The notes beneath the pieces are model-generated. The model was not told the DNA's origin and searched no databases. It saw only the letters and a list, made by a program, of their open reading frames with translations. From NCBI GenBank assembly GCA_017560765.1, contig JAFZEI010000028.1, positions 66,690-130,689 of the forward strand: DNA of 64,000 nucleotides, in the 5' to 3' direction. This document shows positions 46,670 through 56,580 of the stretch, piece after piece (position 1 is the stretch's first letter; each line of letters starts with the position of its first letter). The DNA is from Clostridia bacterium (GTDB taxonomy: Bacteria; Bacillota; Clostridia; UBA1212; UBA1255). Position numbers and translations under genes: made by a program.

Positions 46670-48940
46670 TTAGTTTGTCTCAGACTCTTCTGAATCTGTG
46701 TTCACTTCAATTGCAGGTTGGAGTTTAGCTGCAAGGATATCACCAATTGATGTACCCATAGGAGCAGCTTTATCTGCAATAATTTCATCTTCAGCGTCTT
46801 TCTTTACGCGTTTTTCTTTTGCGGGACGCTCGCCACGATCTTTCTTACGCGGTCTTTCTTTCTTCTCAGGAACAATCGGATTGCCTTCTTCGTCAAGCTC
46901 TACAGGCTTCGGCTCAGGATCGTATGCCTGAACATCACGAATACTGAGATTAATTTTCTTCTCAGCAATGTTTGTATCAATAATTTTAGCCATAACTTTT
47001 TGACCAATTTTGAGACAATCAGCCGCACTTGAAATTCTCTGATTTGAAATCTGAGAAATATGTACTAAGCCGTCAATACCGGATGCAATATTTACAAATA
47101 CACCGAAAGCAGCAAAACGTACAACTGTAACCTCAAGAATATCTCCTACTTGATAAAGGTTCTCTGCATCGAACCAAGGATTATCTTCTTGCTTTCTATA
47201 TCCAAGAGAAATTCTCTTTTTCTTTCTATCGAATTCGAGAATCTTAACTTCTACTTCTTGGCCTACCTTGAGAACCTCAGAAGGATGTTTGATTCTGTTC
47301 CATGAAAGCTCTGACATATGGATAAGTCCGTCATATCCGCCGATATCTACAAAAGCACCGAAAGGAGTAAGGCTCTTAACTACACCTGTAACTACCTTAT
47401 CAACTTCGATTTTGCCCCAGAATGCTTCTTCTTTTTCTTCTCTGTCAGCTACAAGAATTACTTTTCTTGAACCAACGATTCTGTTGTGACCCTTTTGGCC
47501 TTTTTCAAATGCTGTAATGATAACTTCAACAGTTTGACCAACAAAAGCACTCAAATCTTTAGCATATCTCTCAGTGAGCTGAGATGCAGGGATAAAGATA
47601 CGTACAGAACCGAGATATGCAACAACACCACCGTTTACTGCTTCTTTAATACGCACTAAAACAGGTGTTTTGCTCTCAAAAGACTGCTCAATAAGAATCA
47701 TATTTTTCTTATTATCAACACGTCTCTTAGAAAGAATAGCTTCTCCGTCTTTGTCGCTTACTTTAACAACCATAGCTTCTACCTCGTCACCAATATTCAA
47801 TTGGTCAGGCTCAAAACCCGGAATCTCTGCAAATTCATCAATAGCAATAAAGCCTTCGAATTTGAATCCGAGATCAACATATACGCCTTTGTTGTCAATT
47901 TTGTTGATTGTACCTTTTACAATCTGTCCGCTTGTGATTGTTGTCAATGACTTGTCCAACAAAGTCTCAAAAGACTCATTCTCACAAGTTGCATTTGCAT
48001 CATCAGCTGTTGCAATTTCCTCTACAACCTCGTTTGCGCTGATTTCTGCATTTTCGATTTCCTGATTGATTTCACTCATTTTACCAATAACCTCCCCGAT
48101 GATCCAGTCCGGAACTGATGCTCCTGCTGTCACACCAACTTTCTTATATTTGTCAATACGCGATACATCTAACTCTGCTGCATTTTCAACAAACAAAACA
48201 TTCTCACAAAGCCGAGAACTCAAATCAAACAGTTTGCAAGTGTTAGAACTCTTTCTATCACCCACAACTATCATTAAGTCCGTTTGTGATGCAATTTTCT
48301 CTGTCTCCTCTTGCCTGAGAGATGTCGCACTGCATATTGTATCAAAAAAATTCACATTGTCAAAGGATTTTTTTAAAATTTCGCATATTTCATCAAAAAT
48401 CTTTTTTGAAAAGGTAGTTTGCGCTACCACACTATACAATATATTGATTTCGCTAGATAAAACAAAGCTTTCTGCCTCAGATACACTTGATAAAATAACT
48501 GCATCTTCATCACACCATCCATTTGTACCAATCACTTCCGGATGGGCCGCATCGCCTATAATGATAATTTTTCTGCCCTCTTTATATTGCCTGCTTACAA
48601 GCTTATGTATTTTAGCCACAAAAGGACATGTTGCATCAATTACAGTGCACCCGGAACTTTCTATTTCTCTTTGCTTTTCCGGTGATATTCCATGAGCTCT
48701 AATAATCACTGTAGCTTTCTCAGGATGACCATTTGTTTCGGTAAAAATCTCTTCTACAGTATGAACAACTCTCATGCCTTTTTGAGCAAGTTTATTGATA
48801 ACATGATCATTATGTATCAGTTCGCCGTACGAAAAAACAAACATATCATCTCTTTTATTATCAAGTATTTCAAAAGTCTTATCTACAGCATTGGCAACAC
48901 CAAAACAAAAGCCAGCCTTTTCTGCCTTAATTATCTCCAC
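46670..48940 (-). CDS. ispH: Bifunctional 4-hydroxy-3-methylbut-2-enyl diphosphate reductase (IspH) / ribosomal protein S1 fusion
   Basis: The N-terminal ~285 aa form an IspH/LytB fold (MEIIKAEKAGFCFGV…, with Cys residues for the 4Fe-4S cluster), followed by four S1 domains (e.g. GQIVKGTINKID…, GTVVKGVV-like repeats). This fusion is known in Clostridia. Confidence 0.85.
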   Translation of the reverse strand: MEIIKAEKAGFCFGVANAVDKTFEILDNKRDDMFVFSYGELIHNDHVINKLAQKGMRVVHTVEEIFTETNGHPEKATVIIRAHGISPEKQREIESSGCTVIDATCPFVAKIHKLVSRQYKEGRKIIIIGDAAHPEVIGTNGWCDEDAVILSSVSEAESFVLSSEINILYSVVAQTTFSKKIFDEICEILKKSFDNVNFFDTICSATSLRQEETEKIASQTDLMIVVGDRKSSNTCKLFDLSSRLCENVLFVENAAELDVSRIDKYKKVGVTAGASVPDWIIGEVIGKMSEINQEIENAEISANEVVEEIATADDANATCENESFETLLDKSLTTITSGQIVKGTINKIDNKGVYVDLGFKFEGFIAIDEFAEIPGFEPDQLNIGDEVEAMVVKVSDKDGEAILSKRRVDNKKNMILIEQSFESKTPVLVRIKEAVNGGVVAYLGSVRIFIPASQLTERYAKDLSAFVGQTVEVIITAFEKGQKGHNRIVGSRKVILVADREEKEEAFWGKIEVDKVVTGVVKSLTPFGAFVDIGGYDGLIHMSELSWNRIKHPSEVLKVGQEVEVKILEFDRKKKRISLGYRKQEDNPWFDAENLYQVGDILEVTVVRFAAFGVFVNIASGIDGLVHISQISNQRISSAADCLKIGQKVMAKIIDTNIAEKKINLSIRDVQAYDPEPKPVELDEEGNPIVPEKKERPRKKDRGERPAKEKRVKKDAEDEIIADKAAPMGTSIGDILAAKLQPAIEVNTDSEESETN

Positions 48941-49538
48941 CCTCAGGTACCTCCATTAATGAATATATACCATCAAGTATATCCTGTGCCATTCTCGTAT
49001 AATCCTCTTTTGTATATTTTTGGCCTTCCGGAGCTTTCGGCAATACTACAGGATCACCAAATCTAACGTATACACGTCCAAACAAACGTATTTTACCCCA
49101 TATCGCCACCGGTTGCACAGGAACTCCCGCCTCAATTGCAAATTTTGCCACACCATGTTTAGCTTTGTTATTTCTACCATTTCCTTTTGATCTGGTTCCC
49201 TGAGGAAAAATACCCACAGCCTCTCCCTTTTCCAAAAGTTCAAACGTAGTTCTTGCCGCCGCAACGTCCCTTGAATTTCTTCTGACAGGATAAGCACCGC
49301 AAGCAGAAAATATTTTACCCAAAATTTTATTTTTAAAAATCTCCTCTTTTGCCATCCATTTTAAATAGCGCGGTAATTTGTACCCTATCATGAACATATC
49401 GAGCATACTTTCGTGATTTGCCGCTACAACCAAGCCACCACTTTCAGGAACCTTTTCCTCATCATATACTTTAACACGTATAAAGAAGAAAAATATAAAT
49501 TTGCAAATAAATCTTAAAACTTCCATTATCCTCACCAA
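48927..49538 (-). CDS. plsC: 1-acyl-sn-glycerol-3-phosphate acyltransferase
   Basis: HX4D motif (AANHESMLD) plus FPQGTRS, in a 203-aa protein. Confidence 0.8.
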   Translation of the reverse strand: MVRIMEVLRFICKFIFFFFIRVKVYDEEKVPESGGLVVAANHESMLDMFMIGYKLPRYLKWMAKEEIFKNKILGKIFSACGAYPVRRNSRDVAAARTTFELLEKGEAVGIFPQGTRSKGNGRNNKAKHGVAKFAIEAGVPVQPVAIWGKIRLFGRVYVRFGDPVVLPKAPEGQKYTKEDYTRMAQDILDGIYSLMEVPEGGDN

Positions 49539-49541
49539 AAA

Positions 49542-50231
49542 TTATTCTTCAATTCTGCTCTTAACAATCTCCATCAAAGCTGTTTCACTTTCATCTTCTG
49601 TCATATCAGAAGTATCGAGCAGCACAGCATCCGCAGCTTGTTTTAACGGAGCAAACTCTCTTGAGCTATCATTTGCATCACGGAATTTCATGTCGCTAAG
49701 CACTTCATTATACGTCACTTGCGCATTTCCTTTTTCACGAAGCTCTTCATATCTTCTCTGCGCTCTCACTTCAACGGAAGCCGTCAAAAAAACTTTTACT
49801 GCCGCGTCCGGCAACACATAAGAACCAATATCGCGACCATCCATTACTACATTATTCTTAGATGCAATGTTTCTCTGAATCTCAACCAATTTAAGTCTTA
49901 CCTTGGGAATAACTGCCACTTTTGATGCAGCAATCGAAACTTCCGGTGTACGAATAAGACCGGTCACGTTTTTTCCGTTGGCATACACCTGCTGATTTCC
50001 GTCCTCATATATAACATCAAGGGTGAAATTATCCGTCAAAGCCTCCAAGACTTTTTTATTATCTTCGACAGGCAATGTAAAATCCACACCATTTTCTATA
50101 GCAAACAAACCAAAAGCCCTGTACATCGCTCCTGTGTCAAGGTATATATATCCAAACTTCTTTGCAATCTTCTTTGCTAAAGTGCTTTTGCCTGCCCCCG
50201 AAGGACCGTCTATTGCAATATTACGATTCAT
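49542..50231 (-). CDS. cmk: Cytidylate kinase
   Basis: IAIDGPSGAGKSTLAK… P-loop in a 229-aa protein of Cmk architecture. Confidence 0.9.
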   Translation of the reverse strand: MNRNIAIDGPSGAGKSTLAKKIAKKFGYIYLDTGAMYRAFGLFAIENGVDFTLPVEDNKKVLEALTDNFTLDVIYEDGNQQVYANGKNVTGLIRTPEVSIAASKVAVIPKVRLKLVEIQRNIASKNNVVMDGRDIGSYVLPDAAVKVFLTASVEVRAQRRYEELREKGNAQVTYNEVLSDMKFRDANDSSREFAPLKQAADAVLLDTSDMTEDESETALMEIVKSRIEE

Positions 50232-50676
50232 AATCGTCCTCCTCTTCAGTCATACTGTTGTAAATTACTCTATGTCCTAATCCTATCGCCATTTCATTAA
50301 GGTGCAAAAGGCCTATTCCGAAGAATATTGCTACACTTATATGTTCTCCGCAGCGTGCAATAGCAATTTTACCTCCAATATTAAGACCAATAGCCTTATT
50401 TACAATTTGCGAAACTGCCTCTCTTGCGGCACCTGCCACGGCACCCTCCTCGGCGTGAAAATCCGCAATCAAATTTTCTCTTTTAGCAGCAACAACAGCT
50501 CTTTCGATTACTTTTGTTACTGAGGCGATAAACTCTCCTCCAAAATCCACAGCCGCCGTCTTAATGCCCTCGCTTTTAAGTCTTAACTGTTCAGCTTTTT
50601 CTGCCATCCTGTCTTTTGTTATTGCTACGGAAATTGCCGCAGTAACGGCATCTCTGCTTCCTGTTTCACTAAACAT
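50221..50676 (-). CDS. HutP-family protein (putative RNA-binding antiterminator-like), overlapping cmk start
   Basis: The 151-aa protein has a C-terminal segment LNIGGKIAIARCGEHISVAIFFGIGLLHLNEMAIGLGH resembling the HutP family. It overlaps cmk by 11 nt. Confidence 0.4.
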   Translation of the reverse strand: MFSETGSRDAVTAAISVAITKDRMAEKAEQLRLKSEGIKTAAVDFGGEFIASVTKVIERAVVAAKRENLIADFHAEEGAVAGAAREAVSQIVNKAIGLNIGGKIAIARCGEHISVAIFFGIGLLHLNEMAIGLGHRVIYNSMTEEEDDYES

Positions 50677-50700
50677 AATTCAACGCTCCTTTTGCATGGT

Positions 50701-51813
50701 TTATTTTAAACTACCCATTACATCTTCTTCAAACCGGTTTGCAATCTGCGCCCCCGCACCACCATCATAATGGGAATTTCTCAAATATACGGCAGTTATT
50801 TTATTCTCCGGATCTATCCAAAAATGCGTACCGTAAGCACCGCTCCAACCAAAACTGTTTTTGGGCAGTATATACTCATTATTGTTTATAACTCTTACTC
50901 CTAAGCCCCACCACTGTGAATCTGCCGGGTTCCACGAAATCGGCACATAAGCTTTTTTCATAAGTGATACTGACTCAGGTTTTAAAATATTGCCTCCATC
51001 ATTTAAAAGCATTTCCGCAAAAGCAGAATAAGCCTCTGCCGTTCCGCCTAAAGAGGCCGCACCGCTATAGAAAGTAAGTGGTATACCTTCAAACATTGTT
51101 TTGCCTATATCAATGTACCACGACTTCTCACCATCATATTTATGCACAGAAACCATACGTGCCCACTGTTCTTCATTAGGCACAAAAGTCATATCTTTTA
51201 TGCCCAGCGGTTTTACAATATTTTCCTGTATATATTCTTCGAAAGGTAATCCGGATACTATTTCTACGAGCCTTGCTGCTACGGAATGTGCCGCTCCCCC
51301 ACTGTAATATGCGTACTCACCCGGTTGAAAAGAAAGCAGCGAACGCTCTATTTTGTATGCATAAGAAGCAAGATTTTGTCTGTCAGCCTTTGTAAAAAGC
51401 GAACTTTGATATACTCCGACACCATCAGAATCCGAAAACAAGCCGTTTGTGTGGTTAAGAAGCTGCTCAACGGTTATCTCATTTTTTACAGGTTCTTTCG
51501 GCACAGCCTTGCCATTTTCATCCAGCATTCCTACATACATATTCGAAAAACCGCTTAGATACTTTGACACCTTATCGTCTAAGGATAAATTTCCCCTTTC
51601 CGCTTCTATCAAAACGGCAACCGTGGTAACAGGCTTTGACATAGAGGCTAACCTGTACATACTGTTTAATTCATTGATAAAAGCTTTGTGAAAAACAGCT
51701 TTACCATTTTGTTTTATAAGTATTTCACAACCGCCAAGTTTACCGCTTTTAATCAAAGCGTTTTGTCTTTCTGTTAATTTTTCGCACAATAGAGAAGTGT
51801 CCAATAATTTCAT
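50701..51813 (-). CDS. Serine hydrolase, beta-lactamase/PBP4*-like family
   Basis: SxxK motif (ASMSKP) near the N-terminus, in a 370-aa protein. Confidence 0.7.
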   Translation of the reverse strand: MKLLDTSLLCEKLTERQNALIKSGKLGGCEILIKQNGKAVFHKAFINELNSMYRLASMSKPVTTVAVLIEAERGNLSLDDKVSKYLSGFSNMYVGMLDENGKAVPKEPVKNEITVEQLLNHTNGLFSDSDGVGVYQSSLFTKADRQNLASYAYKIERSLLSFQPGEYAYYSGGAAHSVAARLVEIVSGLPFEEYIQENIVKPLGIKDMTFVPNEEQWARMVSVHKYDGEKSWYIDIGKTMFEGIPLTFYSGAASLGGTAEAYSAFAEMLLNDGGNILKPESVSLMKKAYVPISWNPADSQWWGLGVRVINNNEYILPKNSFGWSGAYGTHFWIDPENKITAVYLRNSHYDGGAGAQIANRFEEDVMGSLK

Positions 51814-51839
51814 AATACTGTCTCCGTAATGTATTCACG

Positions 51840-51884
51840 TAAAAAAGCCGGAGAAAGCTGAAATCACCACAACCTCTCCGGCGG
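51840..51884 (-). terminator. Rho-independent terminator after the Gfo/Idh/MocA gene
   Basis: Minus-strand hairpin gccggagag…tctccggc (plus-strand 51847-51854 / 51875-51882) followed by TTTTTT (plus-strand A-run 51841-51846). Confidence 0.6.
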
Positions 51885-51897
51885 ATTATTAAATAAA

Positions 51898-53055
51898 TCA
51901 GATTTCGGGAATCTGAATTTCTATTTCGTGACCAAGCTCTGCCGAAGTTGCAATTCCGGAAAGAATAGCCTGGTTATAAAGAATCTGTGAAGTAGGAACG
52001 GGAGCCGGTGCACCTGATTTGATAGCATCAAGGAAAGAACGAATTTTCATTTCAAATACACTGCCGTTAGTTGACCTAACGGGAATTTTTGTTTCTACTT
52101 GGTCGCCTGCAACTTCATGATAAATTGTCATGGGGCCGCCGATGGAACCATTCCAGCATTCCGTAGAAGGAATACGCAAACCGCCCTTTGTACCCAGAAT
52201 AACAGTGTCTCCGGGAGTGTCAATGTTCATTGCCCATGCAATACGGAAATCTATAACAATACCGCCCTCAAGTCTTATAAAGCCTGCCGCAAAATCGTCC
52301 ACGCCAAACTTTTCAGCGTATTCCGGATGTCCCGGATAATAATCAGGACGTTTACCGAAGAAATCGGATTTATAACCTGTTACCGTAAGTGGCTTAGGAT
52401 ATCCGATGGCATTCATTACCATATCAAGAGAATAACAACCAATATCGCCCAAAGCACCTATACCGCCTGTTTCTTTCTCAATGAATGTTGTGCCAAAAGG
52501 TGTAGGAATACCTCGTCTTCTGCCACCGCCCGTCTGTATATAATAAATTTGTCCCAATTCGCCCGATTCCACAATTCTCTTAAGCATTTTCATATTCTCG
52601 TCAAATCTTGGTTGGAATCCAACGGAAACAATTTTACCGCTTTCTTTCTCCGCTTTGCAAATTGCAATAGCTTCTTCCATTGTAACGCACATAGGTTTTT
52701 CAAGCATTACGTTAACACCTTTTTTTAACGCATAAGTTGTACAAGGCTCATGCTGGCAATTGTACGTACAAACGCTTACAGCATCAAGATTCAAAGACTC
52801 ATCGTCGAGCATCTCTTTATGACTGCCGTAAAATTTCACCCCAGATATACCGAGACGTGCGGCAAACGCTTCTGCTTTGCCCGGAATCAAATCGGCTAAA
52901 CCAACAATTTCAACATCAGGCATCTTCATATAAGAAGTTGCGTGGGGCTCCGCAATCCAACCCGTACCTATAATACCTACACGAAGCTTTTTGCTCGTAT
53001 CTATTTCTTTTTTTTCTTCTTGTACCTCTTTAAATTTATCTAAAATATTACCCAT
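51898..53055 (-). CDS. Gfo/Idh/MocA family NAD(P)-dependent oxidoreductase
   Basis: N-terminal Rossmann motif RVGIIGTGWIAEPH, in a 385-aa protein. Confidence 0.8.
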   Translation of the reverse strand: MGNILDKFKEVQEEKKEIDTSKKLRVGIIGTGWIAEPHATSYMKMPDVEIVGLADLIPGKAEAFAARLGISGVKFYGSHKEMLDDESLNLDAVSVCTYNCQHEPCTTYALKKGVNVMLEKPMCVTMEEAIAICKAEKESGKIVSVGFQPRFDENMKMLKRIVESGELGQIYYIQTGGGRRRGIPTPFGTTFIEKETGGIGALGDIGCYSLDMVMNAIGYPKPLTVTGYKSDFFGKRPDYYPGHPEYAEKFGVDDFAAGFIRLEGGIVIDFRIAWAMNIDTPGDTVILGTKGGLRIPSTECWNGSIGGPMTIYHEVAGDQVETKIPVRSTNGSVFEMKIRSFLDAIKSGAPAPVPTSQILYNQAILSGIATSAELGHEIEIQIPEI

Positions 53056-53076
53056 AATAACACCTCATTTTTTATA

Positions 53077-53889
53077 TTATAATAATGTTTTTAAATAATT
53101 AATGCTAAATTCTGCGCATTCAAGTTCACTCTTATTCATACTCGGAGAGTCTTGCTCTACAACGAGCCATTTTGTACCGGCTTCTTCTGCAGCTTCAAGA
53201 ATCGTAGGAATATCTTGTCTGCCGTATCCTATAGGACGGAATTCGAACGCTTTACTTTGTATTGCTTTTTCGCCTTTTAAGCCGATTTGTTCATACATAT
53301 TTTCTGTTTTGCTGCCCGCAAAATCTTTAAGATGCAATATATTGGCTCTTCCGGTGTATTTTTTAACAAAAGACGAAGGATCTACTCCTGCCACTTTTAC
53401 CCAACAAAGGTCAAGCTCTGTTTCGAGTAAATCTGCAGGAATCCTGTTATAAAGTTCATCAATTGCATACTTGCCATCAATTATCTTGAACTCGTAATCA
53501 TGATTATGATACATAAGTTGCAAACCTTTTGATTTTGCTACCGCAGCTATCTTTTTGATGTCTTCTAAAGTTTGTTCCCATAAAGCTTCACCGGGGCGTC
53601 GCTGAGCAGCTAAATTGGGAATGGCCGCGTATTTACATCCTATAGCGATATATTTATCTACAACTCCTTCTATATCACCTAAAAACTCATCAATCGTAAT
53701 ATGAGCTGAAACTGCTTCCAATCCGATATCTTCCAACAAATTTCTTATTGTTTCTGCATCGTACCCGTAAAGACCTGCAAACTCTACACCTTGAAAGCCT
53801 AATTCTTTTACTTTTTTTAGTGTTCCCACGAAATCCTTTTCCAAATGATTTCTTACAGAATACAACTGCAATGCTACAGGAAATGACAT
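53077..53889 (-). CDS. Sugar phosphate isomerase/epimerase (xylose-isomerase-like TIM barrel)
   Basis: ~270-aa protein of the AP-endonuclease-2/TIM-barrel family, adjacent to the Gfo/Idh/MocA gene. The ORF-track start is a TTG; ATG 53889 (MSFPVALQLYSV) is preferred. Confidence 0.7.
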   Translation of the reverse strand: MSFPVALQLYSVRNHLEKDFVGTLKKVKELGFQGVEFAGLYGYDAETIRNLLEDIGLEAVSAHITIDEFLGDIEGVVDKYIAIGCKYAAIPNLAAQRRPGEALWEQTLEDIKKIAAVAKSKGLQLMYHNHDYEFKIIDGKYAIDELYNRIPADLLETELDLCWVKVAGVDPSSFVKKYTGRANILHLKDFAGSKTENMYEQIGLKGEKAIQSKAFEFRPIGYGRQDIPTILEAAEEAGTKWLVVEQDSPSMNKSELECAEFSINYLKTLL

Positions 53890-54052
53890 ATTTAAACACA
53901 ACCTTTCTATTAAAACTTACGATTTAAAACTTGTTGTAATTCTATAACAATCAATATTGTTTGTCAAACAAAACAGGGCATAAATTAAACAGTTGATATT
54001 TTCCCTATTGCGTGGCAAAATATAATAACTACTTAAATAAAGGGGTATTTCT

Positions 54053-55282
54053 TTGAGCGATAAACTTTTAACATCAAAAGAAAAATATGCGTATTATGAA
54101 TACATCTACAAGCGTAAACTCCATCGTTCTGCTACATGGGCTTCACTTAGCTCTTTTGCAGGGGTTTTTGCTTTGTCAATATATTTACTCTGTCATTTAT
54201 GTTTTAGTGACAAAGCAGTGTCATCAGTATATACAGATAAAATTTTTTATTTTATTAATTACCCTTTGGCAAAGCTTTTCGGATACATTCCTTTCTCTGT
54301 TGCCGAATTGTTATTATATGTTTTTATTATCTGCACTGTTGTTTTCTTATTTAAAACCATATATGCCACAATTGAAGCCATAATACTTTTTTTTCGTATG
54401 AAAAAGCAAGGTTATTACCCGGAAAGACGCTCCATGCTTCGTCCCGCAGGCAATCTGGGTTTACGCTTTGTTTCTGTTTTCTGCATAATTGTTACAGTTT
54501 TCATTTTCTTTGGCGGCATAAATTATACGGGCATGACATTTTCCGAAAAAGCAGAATATACTGCAAATAATTATACAGTGGAACAATTACGCCAATTCTG
54601 TTATATAATGGGTAAAAATGTTTCTGAAACGAGACAAGCACTCGAAACAAAAATTGATGGTTCAATAGACGAAACATATTCAGAATACAATCCATATAAA
54701 TTGGCAGAAGAAGCAACGAAGGCATATAATCTTTTACCTCAGAAATACAATTCTTCTTACACAGACTACCCTACAGTTAAATTTGCTTACAGTTCCATCG
54801 TAATGTCAAATATTCACATTACAGGAATTTATCCGTATATTTTACCTGAGGCCATTGTGAATATTCATACGCCTATCATGAGCCTACCTCATACAATTTG
54901 CCATGAAATGGCACATCAAAGAGGTTTTGCAAGAGAAGATGAGGCTAATTTTATTGCATATATGGCTTGTCTTCAAAGCGACAATCCGATTTTTGCGTAT
55001 TCCGCATATTATACAGCCTTTTCTTACGCAATGGATGAATTACGATATTATGACACAAAAACATGGACAGCTATAATGGATTCCGTCGATAAAAACGTAA
55101 AAAAAGATATTTCTCGCGAAAATGCTTATTGGAGTCAGTTTGAAACTTTGAGCCATGAATTTACATCCGGAGTAAACGATACATATTTATCCGTTATGAA
55201 TGTAGAAGATGGTGTTAAAAACTATGGTAAAGTAGTAGAGCTTCTTTTAGCTGAAGCAATACAGTCAGGAGTTATAAAATAA
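54053..55282 (+). CDS. Membrane protein with HExxH zinc-metallopeptidase-like motif (DUF3810-like)
   Basis: N-terminal TM helices, HEMAHQRGFAREDEANF motif, 409 aa. Confidence 0.5.
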   Translation: MSDKLLTSKEKYAYYEYIYKRKLHRSATWASLSSFAGVFALSIYLLCHLCFSDKAVSSVYTDKIFYFINYPLAKLFGYIPFSVAELLLYVFIICTVVFLFKTIYATIEAIILFFRMKKQGYYPERRSMLRPAGNLGLRFVSVFCIIVTVFIFFGGINYTGMTFSEKAEYTANNYTVEQLRQFCYIMGKNVSETRQALETKIDGSIDETYSEYNPYKLAEEATKAYNLLPQKYNSSYTDYPTVKFAYSSIVMSNIHITGIYPYILPEAIVNIHTPIMSLPHTICHEMAHQRGFAREDEANFIAYMACLQSDNPIFAYSAYYTAFSYAMDELRYYDTKTWTAIMDSVDKNVKKDISRENAYWSQFETLSHEFTSGVNDTYLSVMNVEDGVKNYGKVVELLLAEAIQSGVIK

Positions 55283-55284
55283 AC

Positions 55285-56580
55285 TTATATACCTCCGGTA
55301 GGAGCTGCTGTATTTTCTCCGGGGTTACCGGTAGGTGCAATGTATTCAGCAATTTTCACTGAGCATACGTACTCTCCTATCACAGTAAATTTATTACTGT
55401 CTATATCTGCAAACTCAAGAGGCAAAATATATTCTCCGACTCCCCGGTCTGTCAAATCAATAGTCGGACCCAAAGAAGACACTGACAAGTTTGCCAAATC
55501 GGCAGCCTTTCCTTTTATGGCAACAGTGAATTTTTCAACAGAAAATTCATACGTAAATTCTCTGGGATTCTTTCCCGGTGTACTTACGGAATTTGATATG
55601 TCTACTTCAAAATTTTTAATTTGATATTTTAAGATTTCTGCAGAAACAGAAACATCTGTTGTTTGATATGCTGTAATTCCTGCCGGCAGATATCCTGTAA
55701 TATCGAAATTTTTTATTACATTTGCAGAAGCGCCTGAAATATCAATTGTACCCAATTCAATTTTGTTTATATTTCTCAAATCCGATGCAGCACCGCAAAG
55801 CAATACAGCATCAGAAGTAATTCCGGTTTTACTTAAATAATAATCGTTATGCGGTATACCCGAAACTGAATAAGTTACGGGAACTTTTTTTGCGACCTCG
55901 ATTTTAACGGTAATTTTTTCTTTTTCGTAATCTGCCGTTACTTCTTCTCCGCTCTTTAAATAATAATGACCCAAAAAGGATCCGCTTTTATCCGAATCAA
56001 TAGAACCTGCTGTGAGACTTTCATTAAGTTTTACTTTAATACAATCTATATTTGCGATTTCTGATTCAAAGCCTGAAATTTGAACTGTCCCGGGCTCTGC
56101 TGTAACTGATAGAATTTCAAAGTTTTCAGCAAGTAAACTATCATCATATTCAACAACAACATCTACATTTGCATGCGATATTTTGTCATATACTACATCT
56201 ATTGTTTTAGGGTAGTAATCCTCAATTTTTATACCCAATCTGTTGCATTCCGGTTCTTTTATTTTAAGCGTAGTCTTGCCGGAAGCCGTAATTTTCGCAA
56301 AATCAACAGCCGCATATAAATCAGAGGCCGTTAGATTTCCTATTATATCAGCTCGCCCCGATGCTTTAACCGTTATTGTATTCGGAACAGAAGAGTCTCT
56401 GTCACTCAAACCCAAAGTAGCCGGTGTATTTACATTCAGTATATTAAGCGGAATATCCAAAGAGCGATTTTCTGTAGGATTCGTATAATTTAACACGAGA
56501 AGCCACGTCATAATACCAAGGAGCGCAGAAATAATAATATAAAAAGTTTTGCTTTTTAGAAAATTTTTTATTTTAATCAT
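55285..56580 (-). CDS. cdaR: YbbR-domain protein CdaR (regulator of diadenylate cyclase)
   Basis: N-terminal TM plus repeated YbbR-like domains, immediately downstream of cdaA and overlapping it by 4 nt. Confidence 0.7.
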   Translation of the reverse strand: MIKIKNFLKSKTFYIIISALLGIMTWLLVLNYTNPTENRSLDIPLNILNVNTPATLGLSDRDSSVPNTITVKASGRADIIGNLTASDLYAAVDFAKITASGKTTLKIKEPECNRLGIKIEDYYPKTIDVVYDKISHANVDVVVEYDDSLLAENFEILSVTAEPGTVQISGFESEIANIDCIKVKLNESLTAGSIDSDKSGSFLGHYYLKSGEEVTADYEKEKITVKIEVAKKVPVTYSVSGIPHNDYYLSKTGITSDAVLLCGAASDLRNINKIELGTIDISGASANVIKNFDITGYLPAGITAYQTTDVSVSAEILKYQIKNFEVDISNSVSTPGKNPREFTYEFSVEKFTVAIKGKAADLANLSVSSLGPTIDLTDRGVGEYILPLEFADIDSNKFTVIGEYVCSVKIAEYIAPTGNPGENTAAPTGGI

